Assembly (NCBI RefSeq): GCF_009914755.1
Contig: NC_060933.1
Reading direction: 5' to 3' (one strand)
From: the human T2T-CHM13v2.0 reference genome, Homo sapiens
Length of the DNA: 64,000 nt
Part shown: one piece after another, positions 27,391-40,255 of the stretch
How positions within the stretch are numbered: position 1 is the stretch's first letter
Layout: each line of letters starts with the position of its first letter
The notes under the pieces: model-generated
What the model was told of the DNA's origin: nothing
The model's database searches: none
Seen by the model: the letters and a program-made list of their open reading frames with translations, nothing else
Position numbers and translations under genes: made by a program

Positions 27391-28269
27391 TATGTAGAAA
27401 TAAAGTAACCTTAATGTGTTGGTCCTGAAAGGTGTCTTGTCATTCACTGGATGTAGACATTTCTGACTGGTTGGAGCTAATAAAGTGCTCTTCATAGAGC
27501 CAGGGCTTAGAGTCATAATTCACACACATGTAAACACTAAAATACACACCTTAATTTTCACTCACTCTAATTTACTAAGCTTTGTAATGTATCCACATAT
27601 ATATAATCATAATCACTGTGAACAAGGTATATTCTTTAAATATCTTGACAACGTTCCGCTCTGTCCAGTCACTCAGAATATAAAAAGAATTCCCAAAGGG
27701 GTCCTCAGCATTTAGTACTTCCAAACAAATGTAACTCCATTCATATAATTTATATATAATTCTACCAAATGCATTTTGTTTGAAATATTTCCTATATCTC
27801 TTTTGTTTGCCAAGATAATATTTAGCCCCAATGGTCATTTATAAGATCCTTATATGGGTCTGTTTTGTTCATTCTTCTGTCTTCATAATGACTTATGAAG
27901 CCTTTTGATGATGCTATTTTTTACCCTCTTTCATGTACTTTAATTCATGGATCTCCTTAGAAGAATTAAAGGACATTAAAGGCAATATTTCTAAATGCTC
28001 ATTTTAATTCTTCCTACTGTCTGGCCTACATAGACTATAGGTAAATGCAACATTACTTCTGTACTTCATTCATATCTATTGGAATTATATCTGAGATTGA
28101 TTCTTTTAGATTTTAAAATTTTAAATTTAATGTGCAATCATTTATTACATTTAATCTCTTTGCATTTTGTCCTTCTAAACTTTAGTTTTTTCCATTAATT
28201 TGTCCACAATTTTGGCAACACCTTTACTGGTATTACTAATCATTGTACATGGCTCTCATGCTTTCTATG

Positions 28270-28569
<300 letters not shown>

Positions 28570-29529
28570 TGTTTTTTTGTTCGTTTGTTTTTTGTATTTT
28601 CCAGGTTCAATCTTCACATGCTGTATCTTCAGTTTCCATCAGTCTAAGTCATTTCCTAACTCTCCATGTAGATCTCTTTTATGTACTTCAGCGATTGTCC
28701 AGGCCTCCATTGCTAATCTAGCTTTCCTTCAATCTTTTGAGGTATTATACATTTTATGTGGACTTTACAGGCATAGTTTCTAATTTGTTAAGACTTTGAA
28801 ATCACTTGTCAGCAAGGTCAAGCTAATGTTCCATAGGGTAATGTTAGTGATAGTGTTGCTCCATGGTCTCTGTGAGATTCCCATTTAGTTTATCCTTTGA
28901 TTATTATATTCTCCTTGGATACAGAAAAGTATTACTTCAGCCAGTGTCACACTTCAAACTCTGTACTATTCCAGATGTGTGCTTTGAAAACCATGATCCC
29001 ATTCAAAGAAAATTTGAATATGTTGTTCTTGGGATAACTCTCAGTCAATATAAATATCAATATGATATAAGTTGTACTGTGTTAATTCCATATTTTAGTG
29101 GTTTCATTGCCCTGTTTTTTTGTTTGTTTTTTAATTTCTTTGAATCCTCTGTTTCCATGTAACTTTATGTGGTCTTAGACCTTCATTCTAGTCTTCTCTT
29201 GTGACCTGACTATGTGGAACTTTTCAGTTAGTAGTCACTGATGACCATGGACTGAAGTGCTTGGTATCTTTGACTATACTTAGGGTGAGTTATAGAACAT
29301 AAAAGCATTGTAGACGTCTTGGTCAATGTAGACTTTTTAATAGTTTTCTATTAGATAATAATCCAGTCTAATATCTAGGTGTGAACTTTTAGCTACTTCA
29401 ATTAAATGCTTTGTTTCTTCTTTGAACATTGAAAGTTTTCCTTGAATACTTTTTATTTATAATTGAGATACCATACTGTATAGAATCCACAATCCTTTCC
29501 AATAGATTCAATATTTTTACATGCCTTTA

Positions 29530-30951
29530 TTAATTAATTTTTATCTTTTATTTTAGGTTCAGGGGTACATATGCAGGTTTGTTATATAGGTAAACTCATG
29601 TCATGGGGGTTCGTTGTACAAATTATTTCATCACCCAGTTAATAATCATAGTACTCAACAATTATTTTTTTTCTGCTCCTCTCCCTCCTCCTAACCTTCA
29701 TTCACCCTCTGGTAGGAGCCAGTGTGTGGTGTTCCCCTCTTTGTGTTCATGTGCATGTGTTCTCATCATTTAGCTCCCACTTATAAGTGAGAACATGTGG
29801 CATTTGGTTTTCTGTTTCTCCATTAGTTTGCCAAGGATAATGCCTCTAGCTCCATCCATGTTCCTGTAGAAGACATAATTTCATTTTTTTTTTATGGATG
29901 TTTAGTATTCCATGGTGTATATATACCACAATTTCTTTATACAGTCCACTATTGATGGGCATTTTGGTTGATTCCATGTCTTTGCTATTGTGAATAGTGA
30001 TGTAATGAACATACATGTGCATATGTCTTTATAATAGAATGATTTATATTCCTTCAGATATGTTCCAAGTAATGGGATAGCTGGGTCAAACGGTAGTTCC
30101 TTTTTTAGCTCTTTGAGGAATTGGCACACTGTCTTACACAATGGTTGAACTAGTTTACACTCCCACCGACAATGTATAGGCATTCTCTTTTTGCTGAAAC
30201 TTCACCAACATCTGTTATTTTTTTACTTTTTAGTAATAACCATTCTGACTGGTGTGAGACTGTATCTCATTGTGGTTCTGATTTGCATTTCTCTACTAAT
30301 CAGTGATACTGAAACTTGTTCATATACTTATATCTGTTTATGAAGAGTGTCTGTTCACATCCTTTGTCCACTTTTTAATGGGATTGTTTGTGTTTTTTTT
30401 CTTGTAAATTTGTTCAAGTTCCTTATAAATGCTGGATATTAGATCTTTGTCAGATGCATAGTTTGCGAAAACTTTCTCCCATTCTGTAGGTTGTCTGTTT
30501 ACTCTGTCAATGGTTTATTTTGCTGTGCAGAAGAACTTTAGTTTATTAGATCCTATTTGTCAATTTTTGTTTTTGTTGCTATTGTTTTTGGAGTCTTTGT
30601 CATGAAATCTTCCCCAGGGCCCATGTCCAGAATTTTATTGCCTAGATTGTCTTTCAGGGTTTTTATAGCTTTGAGTTTTACATTTAAGTCTTTAATCATT
30701 CTTGAGTTGATTTTTGTATATGGTGTAAGGAACAGAAGTCCAGTTTCAATCTCCTTCATATGGCTAACCATTTATCCCAGAACCATTTATTGAACAGGGA
30801 TTCCTTTCTGCATTGCTTACTTTTGTCAGCTTTGTTGAAGATCAGATAGTTGTAGGGGTGTGGCCCTATTTCTGGGCTCTGTATTCTGTTCGTTTGGTCT
30901 ATGTGTCTGTTTTTGTTCCAGTACCATGCTGTTTTGGTTACTGTAGCCTTG
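29530..30951 (-). mobile_element. L1PA13-16-like 3' UTR and ORF2 C-terminus, 5'-truncated
   Basis: TTTTAGGTTCAGGGGTACATATGCAGGTTTGTTATATAGGTAAA; ORF track shows ORF2p pieces ELPFDPAIPLLG and [14 protein letters not shown]. Confidence 0.93.
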
Positions 30952-31774
30952 CTTCCTGTTCCCAAGACATTACATTCTGCTGGCCTAGAGGTCTAAGTTC
31001 CAGAGGGAGGAACACTGCCACCAGGAAACACAACAATTCCATTAAACTGGAAGTTAAGATTGCCACATGGACGCTTTGGGCTCCTCCTACCTTTAACTCA
31101 ACAGACTAAGAAGAGAGTTACAGTGTTGGCTGGATGATCGACCTGGACTATCAAGATGAAATCAGTCTACTACTCCACAACAGAGGTAGGAAAAGTACGC
31201 ATGGAATACAGGAGATCTCTTGGGGTGTCTCTTAGTTTTACCATGCCCTGTGATTAAGGTAAATGGGAAACTACAACAGCCCAATCCAGGCAGGACTACA
31301 AATGGTTCAGACCCTTCAGGAATGAAGGTTTGGATCACTCCACCAGGAAGAAAATCACAACCTAATGGGGTGTTTGCTGAAGGCAAAGGGAATACAGAAT
31401 GGGTAGTCGAAGAAGGCAGTCATCAATACCAGCTATGATCACATGACCAGCTGCAGAAATGAGGACTGTAATTGTCATGAGTATTTCCTCATTCTTTTGT
31501 TTAAAACATGTTTGTGCATGTATACATGTACTAAGAAAATAGCTTCATTTTATTTTCTTTATCATGTGACATAAGATTTATTGACTTCACATCAGCATTT
31601 AAGTATTGCTAACTTAATGTAATAGTATTTGGGTTGGGGATTGGTACGTTTCTGGTTGTATGAAGGATAGTTGTATTATGTTTGGTGTAACTATATCCTT
31701 ATTATTGTCTTTATTTGAAGATTATGTATGATCCCAGGAGATGTATATGGGTTCAAGTTGACAAGGGGTCAACT
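30952..31774 (+). pseudogene. HERV-L internal 3' remnant (dUTPase-containing end of pol region), disrupted
   Basis: Translates to IPLNWKLRLPHGRFGLLLPL and LLVLPCPVIKVNGKLQQPNPGRTTNG...EWVVEEGSHQYQL with an in-frame TAA and frameshifts; PPT-like ACAAGGGGT before the LTR. Confidence 0.9.
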
Positions 31775-32313
31775 TGTAATGGTTAATACTGAGTGTCAAC
31801 TTGATTTGATTGAAAAATGCAAAGTATTGATCCTGGGTGTGTCTGTGAGGGTGTTGCCAAAGGAGATTAACATTTGAGTTAGTGGGCTGGGAAAGGTAGA
31901 CTCACCCTTAATCTGGGCGGGCACCATCTAATCAGCTGCCATCAAGGCTAGAATATAAAGCAGGCAGAAAAATGTGAAAAGACTAGACTGGCCTAACCTC
32001 CCAGCCTACATCTTTCTCCTGTGCTGGATGCTTCCTGCCTCAAACATCAAACTCCAAGTTCTTCGGTTTTGGAACTTGGACTGGCTTTCCTTGCTCCTCA
32101 GCTTGCAGATGGCCTATTGTGGGACCTTGTAATCATGTGAATTAATACTTAATAAACTCCCCTTTATGTACATGTACTAGGATATATATATATATACATG
32201 TACTAGGATATATATATACACACACACTGCATATCCTACATACACCAGGAGAGATATATATATATATATGTATATGTATATATATGTCCCTCTAGAGAAA
32301 CCAGGCTAATACA
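31775..32313 (+). mobile_element. MLT2A (MLT2A2-like) 3' LTR of HERV-L with TA-rich expansion
   Basis: TGTAATGGTTAATACTGAGTGTCAACTTGA...AATAAACTCCCC...CCCTCTAGAGAAACCAGGCTAATACA. Confidence 0.92.
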
Positions 32314-32929
32314 GCATGAGAGTTTAGTTCCATCTATGCATTTGTCTCAACTCTATGGGTTGCTGAATAGTGACTGTTAGGGTATTTTTTTTCTAGTTTC
32401 AATAAATAATTTTCTATTGTCTTGATATTTATTTGATTTCCTCTTATTTTGCCACTGAATGTGAACTGGTCTCCTTGTCACTCTGTAAGTCACTTCGTAT
32501 AAACTATTAACTGTTCATTGTATTTTGCATCACATGTAAGAATAAAGCAGCTGTATTTAACAACAATATATCTATAAAGTTTAATTCTTGTTTTCTTATA
32601 CATGTCTGTAAAACACGGAGCACTTGAAGGAATGATGATTTAGGGAAATTTTTATATCCAGAGAAATGTTTCAATTTTCGCCTCTTTGCCATTCTTATAC
32701 ATCTAAATAGTTCTTTTCCATGAGCTCATTCTAAAACCTTACCTATCCAGCTATAGTTTCACCCATATGCAAATTAGGCAACCTAAATTGTTCTTCTTGG
32801 CAAGATGTGATACCCTTCACAGGATGGGAGCATCCTTTTGGTTTAATGCTGATAAAGTACTTTAGCCAAAACTAGGGCTTATAGTCATAATTTGAACATG
32901 CAGAAACTCTAAAACATCAATTTACTTAG

Positions 32930-33590
32930 TTCACCCAGCTCCACCTGCAAAATACAGCATGATCTCTCCATTTCCTTCTACCTACACTACCGTTCTCTAG
33001 CCCAGGTTCTATAACCTGTACCTGTATCACCGCAGTCATTGGTCTCTCCTATTCCTCTCTTGCACATTCTGATCTCATCTCTATACTGCAGACAGAGTTA
33101 TCTGAATGCCCAGTTCATATAAAATTGAAATTCTCATCATAGTCTTCAGGGCCCTGCCTGAACTACTCTCTGCTTAGATCTCCCATATGATCTCTTATCA
33201 CTCATGCACATACATTCTCAGGGGGTGCCTGCCAGTTCTGTACCCAATGAGCTTTTTCTCACAAAACATCATTTGCCATTGTTTTTCTATCGTTCTGAAA
33301 TTTTCTTCCCCAAAGTTATTCCAGTGCTGACTCTTTCTTGTTCTCAGGCCTGAGATTAAATTGCATCTTCTTACAGAAGATTTCTCTGACTAGCCCCCTA
33401 AATTAGAGCCTCTCTATCATTTTCTATGGTTTACTTGTGTATTTCCAGATTCTTGCCTAAAATGTTATTTCCATGATTTCAGAAACTGTTCCTTATTTTT
33501 ATTATATCCCCAGGACCTAGCATAGTGCTCTACAAATAATAAACAATCAGTATCTGGTTTTAAAAAAGAAAGAATACATGAATAAATTAT
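32930..33590 (+). mobile_element. L2 3' region
   Basis: ATCCCCAGGACCTAGCATAGTGC...AATAAACAATCAG; pyrimidine-rich L2 body. Confidence 0.65.
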
Positions 33591-34509
33591 GGAAAGATGT
33601 GAGTTCTACCTTACTACGCTCATCTCTGGTTTTTGACTCACATTCCAATTACAAATCTTATAGATGGAAAGCAATGTTGGAGAATGAGACAGGGAAGATA
33701 TATAATCAAATAGAATGTCCCACAAAGCAAAAGAAAAAAAGAAGTCATTTCCAAATACTTTACCCACTAGTTATGACATTGCAACTGGAGAAAACTCCTA
33801 TGCAAATTCAGTCATGCAAGCCCCATTTAGCTCAGGAAAATGTGTAGAAATTGATTGAGTGAGCAGCTGGTGATATTGTAGTCAGGCTCTCTGGAAGTTA
33901 ATTGGGAAGCGTTGTGAAAAATCCTGACATTGAACATGGAGCTATACTGACTTCCATTGTGCCCCAGACACTCATCACACACAGTTGCTCTCCACTATTA
34001 CAAAATAACTGGATACCTCGGAGTCTCTGATGACTCTCATCAATAGCCTGCTAAGAAAACGGAGTAGGAGGGAGTGATGAGCTGGAGCTAGGACTTTTAT
34101 AATTGGAATGAAAAAGCCCCTAATCTTGTGGGTTTTTAATTCCTTCATGAAATATTTTTATTCTCCAATGGAAAAAAACAAACAAACTCCCCTCCAGGGT
34201 CCCCTTTTGTATTATTCTGATGGAAAATCTAGAATTGAAATTAAATTGCTTTTTTTCCTAGTGTTTAATTGATGTATTTATATCAGTTAGGTATTGTCAT
34301 GAGAAAAGCACCCCAAATTTAGTCCTTAAAATACCAAGTGGCCATTAATTATTTCTCACAAATCTGTGGTTTAGCTTGACGGAGCTGTTGTTCTGGAGTG
34401 GGCCTGCTCATCTGTCTTTGATGAGCTGATGGTCTGGGGGTCTAGGATGGCCTCATCTGCAGTGGCAGGGCTCCTCGCCATGTGTTTCTCACATCTTTAG
34501 TAACTATTA

Positions 34510-36150
34510 TATTCTAGGCATTGAGCTCTGTGCTTGGAATATAAAGATCAATAAAACTATTTGACCTTGAAGAATTTAGAGACTGAAAGAGGGAAATAGA
34601 TCTATAAACAAATAATACATTTAAATAGCAGGGGCACTATGAGAGAAGTCTGTGGTGCATAGGAGGGATGACAGAAAGGAAATACTTGGTCTTAAGTGGA
34701 GTGAATGGGAGGACTCAGGATGGACTTTATACATGATATCCTTAAATCAAGTCTTAGTATACGAGGAACATTTTGCAAAGTCTCTAGGCTAAGAAACAGG
34801 ATCCCAGGCAGAAAGGAGAGCAGAATAAAAGCACAGAATTATAGAAGATGCATTATTTCATCGAACCTGGCAAGTGTGATGTAGGAATTGAGTAGTATGA
34901 AATAAAACTGGAGAAGTAGATGAGGGTCAGGGGAAGCTCTGTGTGTGAGGCTGAGTTTAAATATTGCTTTAAACATTAAAATAATAATAATGGTAATGGT
35001 AATGATAATAAATTATAACCAATATTTATAATGTTTTTCCTATGAGCTAGGCATTCTCCCAAATGGTTTTGGTAACTTTTCTCATGTAATGTTACCTTAT
35101 GACGTGACTCAGTTGTAAATAGGATGCTCCGGGTGATATTACCATTACCCCATTTTCAGTATTACCATTATCCCCATTTTCAGTGTGGTTCTTAAGGCTA
35201 GGGATGTTAAATAATGTATATATAATTAAGATAAGTATGTAGCACAGTAGGATTTATCCTCATATTAATCAGTCCGAATTTGTAACCACTAGGCTCATAT
35301 TTCCTATCCATGAGAAGACAATTGATAGATTTAGATAGAGAAAGAATATGATCAGTATTGCATATTATAAAAAACTTGTTTGCAGTACTGTGGAAGAGAG
35401 AAGAGATTAAACAGACAGTAACCATTTAATAAGCTTTGGAAGTAGTCCTGGTTAGAAATATTGAAGATCTGAAATAATACATTAGCAGTGGGGATAGAAC
35501 TAAGGAGACTGATTCAAGATCTGTTAAGAGGATGTGGGAACATATTGGATATATAAGAAGAGGAAGAAGGCCAAAATGACTCCAAGGTTTCTGAGTTAAT
35601 TGACTGAAAAGAAAGTGATAGCAAAGGTGCTATATAGCATAGAGGTTAAGCCCAGATTCTGGAGACTACCTGAGTTTGGACCCCAGCTTTGCCACTTAAG
35701 TGTTTCAATTTCTTCATATTTATAGTGGGATAATGCCTACTTCAGTAAGTTGTTGAGAGGAATAAATAATTAAGTGCATAGTAGATTGCATGATACACAG
35801 TTAACTCTCAATAAATGTTACATACTATTCACTGAGAAAAGAGGAACAAGGATAGGGGAAAAGTTGGTGAGTAGAATTTGAGGCATGTGTAGGATGAGGT
35901 TCACTTGAATCAATAGGTCTCTAGAATTCCAGAGAGAGGTCTACGCTAAACAGACAGATTTTGGAGCCATTACCATATAGACAGTTGTTGAAATCTTGTA
36001 TTGTGAGAACATAGGAAAATAAGAGAAAAGCAGCATTTTAGTGATGAGGAGAAAAAAATACTGAGAAACAATAATTAGAGAAGGAAAAGAAGAAGTCAAG
36101 AAAAGAATAGCTTTTGAAGTGATTAGGCACTAGACATCATCAAATACTAC
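34510..36150 (-). mobile_element. L2 (antisense) with embedded MIR fragments (~35000-35200, ~35630-35825)
   Basis: AAAATGACTCCAAGGTTTCTGAG, ACAGATTTTGGAGCCATT; MIR core GAGTTTGGACCCCAGCTTTGCCACTT. Confidence 0.65.
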
Positions 36151-39100
36151 AAAGTTTACGATGTGCATGTCTACCAGGCATTTCTAATTTAACTGTCCAA
36201 AAGAGATGTTTGTGATTTTTCCAGCCACTTTCCCAATCTCAGTAGATGGCACTAGTATTCTTCCAGGGGCTAAGGCCAAAATCATGGCACCATTCTTGAT
36301 TATTTTTTTTCTTACTTCAATCTTACAGTAATCAAACCTTCAAAATACAAAAAATAAAATTTTGAACTAACTCTTCATTGCCTACACCACTAATCCCTAG
36401 TCAAAAAAAGAATACACAAATGTTCCTTTCTATTACCGAGAACGTAATATTAAATAAAGTTGAAACCTCCATATATGCTAAATCCCCAACTTAAGCTGTT
36501 TACCCGGTTTCATAGCATATAACAGAGTTCTAAACTAGTAATAAGCATCCTGGAAATATTTATTTAATTTAAATTAACCAATGTATCACATAATGATGAG
36601 GAGCTATAAAACCTTTATAGGCTAGTTAATTTTGGCAAAACAATATTTCTGAATTTACAATAATGCTAAACAATTCTAAAAAAAACTTAGACCAATGTGC
36701 TTCTTAAGCATCTCAATAAATTGTTATATTGTGTAAACATCTTGTTGAGAATTTTTGTCACCCAGAGCATCCTATATACAATTGAGTTTATAATTATTTA
36801 TATATCTGTTTATCCTAAAGTGTAGTTAGTATTTCTACTTTCTAATAATTTAAATTAGTTTTGCTTCCCTTTGATTCTGGCTTCCTGAAAGCTTAGAGAA
36901 AAATATGAATAGCATTTCTTGTGTTGACCTACTTTGAAATCTCTTTACTTGGTTCTGATGTCACATATTTTACTAGTTTATTAAATATGTCTTTTATTAC
37001 AAGCTAGCTAAAATTCTTTGCCGAAGAGGTACATTACAAGCAAATATATTAAAGTCCAAGAGGGAGTCTTGCATGGATCAATGCTGAGACACATGACTGA
37101 TTGAAGAAAGGGTTATTATTATGTGACAACTCTATAGTGGCCTTCTCTGTGCTCCAGGCAGATGGTGATTCTGAAATTAGTATAATGCTCAAGGACACCT
37201 AACAGGAAAAAAAGCAAAAAGGATTTTGTTCAGTGACCAGGAGTCTCATGAGAAAAAAAAATGCATACATATATATATATATACACGATAAACTGGATGA
37301 AGTTTATACATATTTGATATGTAGTGTCTCCTAAAAGAAGTCAGATCATAGGAAAGAGCACTGGGTCCCCAAGGAAAACTCTGGCTAAGTTGGGAAGTAC
37401 ACTTGTGTAATGAGCCAGTCACAGCTGCCCAGCCTTGGAGGTTCTGGAGAGGAGTGGATTCTAGGTAAAGTATGAGCAATATTTGAAAGCTCTCCAACTC
37501 AGTCCCCAGGGAACACCTAGACATCCTAGGAAGAAGAGAGATATGTGATACAACTTAAAGACCTGTGTAACTAGCGGCACTGGCCTTCTAATGTTGTACA
37601 CCCTTTCAAAGGAGCTCAACACCATAACAGAAAGTCATTTCCTTGTAGATTGGAAAGAGGAGTAAACACTGGAGAAAGAATGAGGTAGTACAGGTATGTA
37701 GGAGGTATTACCAGTGAGAATAGCTGTTTCCCTATTTGGGAGACATCACCAGAGGCATGTTTGGAAAGTGTTTCCGGATCTGTCATTTAACATAGAGGTA
37801 ATAAGTCAGCAGGATAAAGGAGAAGCCACTATGATGACCTTGCATAGGACTCAGAAACTCAAAGCCTGTGGGAAAGCTTATTCTGGAGATATATAGCAAA
37901 ACCCTATAAAATCAGAATGACTTCTCATTTCCCATACACTCATTACCCCACTGCAACCCTGCGTTTTTACTCTCATAATAAAATATTCTAGTAATGGTCA
38001 CTAATGGCCTCTTATTTTCAGATCTAATGGATCCTTTTTTGCAGTTTCTTCAACATCTATTTATGCAATGCTTACTAACTTCCAGGAAGTGTTCTGTGCA
38101 TCTGTAACACAATACATAATAATCTAGTGAAGAGGTTAGAGAGGCAGAGAATTGAAATTGTTTTTCTGGTAGATTTTTTTTGAAATTGGTGGGCTTGAGT
38201 TTCCCAAAATTATACCAGAAGTGTGGAAGAGATTATTATGGCATTTTGATATGTCCTTCTACAGCAGCTTATTCACGTAGTAGTTAGGTTTTACTTATAA
38301 AGGCAAAAGGAACTTAAGGCTATGTTATCTACTTTGTATTTTCAATTTTTAAGCCATTACTAATCCAAAATATTGCTAAGTGGACTATAGATAATCCTTT
38401 TCCACAAGGACTATAGGTGTTTACCTAGTTTATTTAGATTAAAAAGAATCAAATGTAAAAATAAAATTTCAAATGAAGAGTTAGCTGCTGATGGGTCATA
38501 CACCATAATTACTCAATAAAGAGCTAGAGACCATTTCTGTGCAATATGTGTGTCACATTTTCTTGTGGGCATCATCAATCTTAAAATAATTGAATTGCTT
38601 ATAATTTTTTCCCTAAAGATTTAACCACCTACAGCTATGTTCATATGAATTCCCCATGTCTACTCACAGATAACCCAAGAGGTAAGTGTTCTACTAAGAT
38701 ACAGGAATTGTAAATATAGATTTCTAATATACAATTATTGATCTAAAGGTTACAAGTTCAACTCCAATATAGATTAGTAATGATGTATTAACATTATACT
38801 TTGAAGGTCACTAGAAAGAAGTTGACAATTTGATGCTAGTTTCAAGAAAAAGAAATATTACAGGGGTTTTCTATTTATCAGTAAAAATTGCCTAATATAA
38901 CATAGCAAACAGTTTTCATTGAAATAGTGGCCAAAGCCTTAGGGAGATCAAATAGAGACAAGAATAGAAAAAAACAACAATGGCCAAGCTCTCACTGTCT
39001 ATTTATATAAAGACGAATAGTTTTACTTAACCTGTCATCAATATACAACCTCAGATGGAAGATATTTAACTTTTACTATGATATTTAACTGATACTATAC

Positions 39101-39340
39101 TATACTATTTATTTACTAATAACCTTCTAGTATTGCAAACTTACATTGTTTCTCCATTTTAAATATTTAAAAAAAACATATACAACATGTCATAGGATAT
39201 GAGTCTCTGGAAACAATCCAATTGGAAACTACCTCTCTTCAGTAATCCATAGGGAAATGAATCATGTTGGCAGACTCAGTTACTCTAGAGTTTATCAAGA
39301 GATAAGGTTTATAATCAGATAAATGGTTCTAAAAACATAA

Positions 39341-39648
39341 TTTTTTTCTTTTTCTTTTTTTTTTTTTTTTCTTGAGATAGAGTTTTGCTCTTGTCACCCA
39401 GGCTGGAGTGCAATGGCACAATCTTGGCTCACAGCAACCTCCACTTCCTGGGTTAAAATGATTCTCTGGCCTCAGCCTCTGGTGTAGCTGGGATTACAGG
39501 CACTCACCATCACACCAAGCTAATTTTTGTATTTTGAGTAGAGACAGGTTTCACCATGTTGGCCAGGCTGGTCTCAAACTCCTGACCTCAAGATATCCAC
39601 TCGCCTCGGCCTCTCAGAGTGCTGAGATTACAGGCACCACGACAAGCC
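39341..39648 (-). mobile_element. Alu (AluSq-like)
   Basis: GAGTTTTGCTCTTGTCACCCAGGCTGGAGTGCAATGG (extra T of Sq/Sp). Confidence 0.93.
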
Positions 39649-40202
39649 TAAAAATATGACTTTCTCAATTTGGAGCAGTGGAAACAATTTAATTTAGAAT
39701 AACCAAACTACTATGGAAGAGTTTTATAATAATTTACCAAACTATAACTTATATGAATTTATAACTAATTGCATTATATTAGCACAAGTGCAATTTGTAT
39801 GCCTTTACCAACTCCTTCCAACTAAATGTTAGTAAAATAGTAATAAATGTAGGAAAATACCAATTCTATGTGTTCCCCACTTGGCCTCATATGAGTCAAT
39901 CATCTTTTTTCTGTTTGTAATAATACTCCTTGAAATACAGTGAATCCAGAAGCTTTTAAAATTGTGTGGGAAGCATTTGCCATAAAAACTCCTGATATTG
40001 TACTGAATGTGTTACCCTTTATCTTACTCTATTTGTCTACAAGGTTAAAATTGTTAATTTGTTCATTAAATACATTTGAGCACCTGTTATGTGTCAGTCC
40101 GTGTTCTAGGAGCCAAACATATAAAGTTAAATTAAATACAGACCCTTTCCTTGAGATGCTTAATCTATGGTTAAAAGGAGACAGAGACAGAGAGGTATGG
40201 GT

Positions 40203-40217
40203 GAGAGAGAGAGAGTG

Positions 40218-40252
<35 letters not shown>

Positions 40253-40255
40253 GTG
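40203..40255. repeat. (GA)n(GT)n compound microsatellite inside an antisense L2 end (~40050-40290)
   Basis: Read directly; L2 motif CATTTGAGCACCTGTTATGTGTCAG upstream. Confidence 0.95.

Noticed and set aside
31220-31438. Retroviral-like ORF as a domesticated gene
   Set aside because: Short piece of HERV-L with an upstream stop and frameshifts, no ATG start and no 5' LTR.
32165-32285. TA-rich duplicated block in MLT2A
   Set aside because: MLT2 LTRs commonly carry a variable TA microsatellite at this position.
38740-38770. tRNA T-arm-like GGTTACAAGTTCAACTCC
   Set aside because: No cloverleaf; at most a decayed tRNA-derived SINE fragment.
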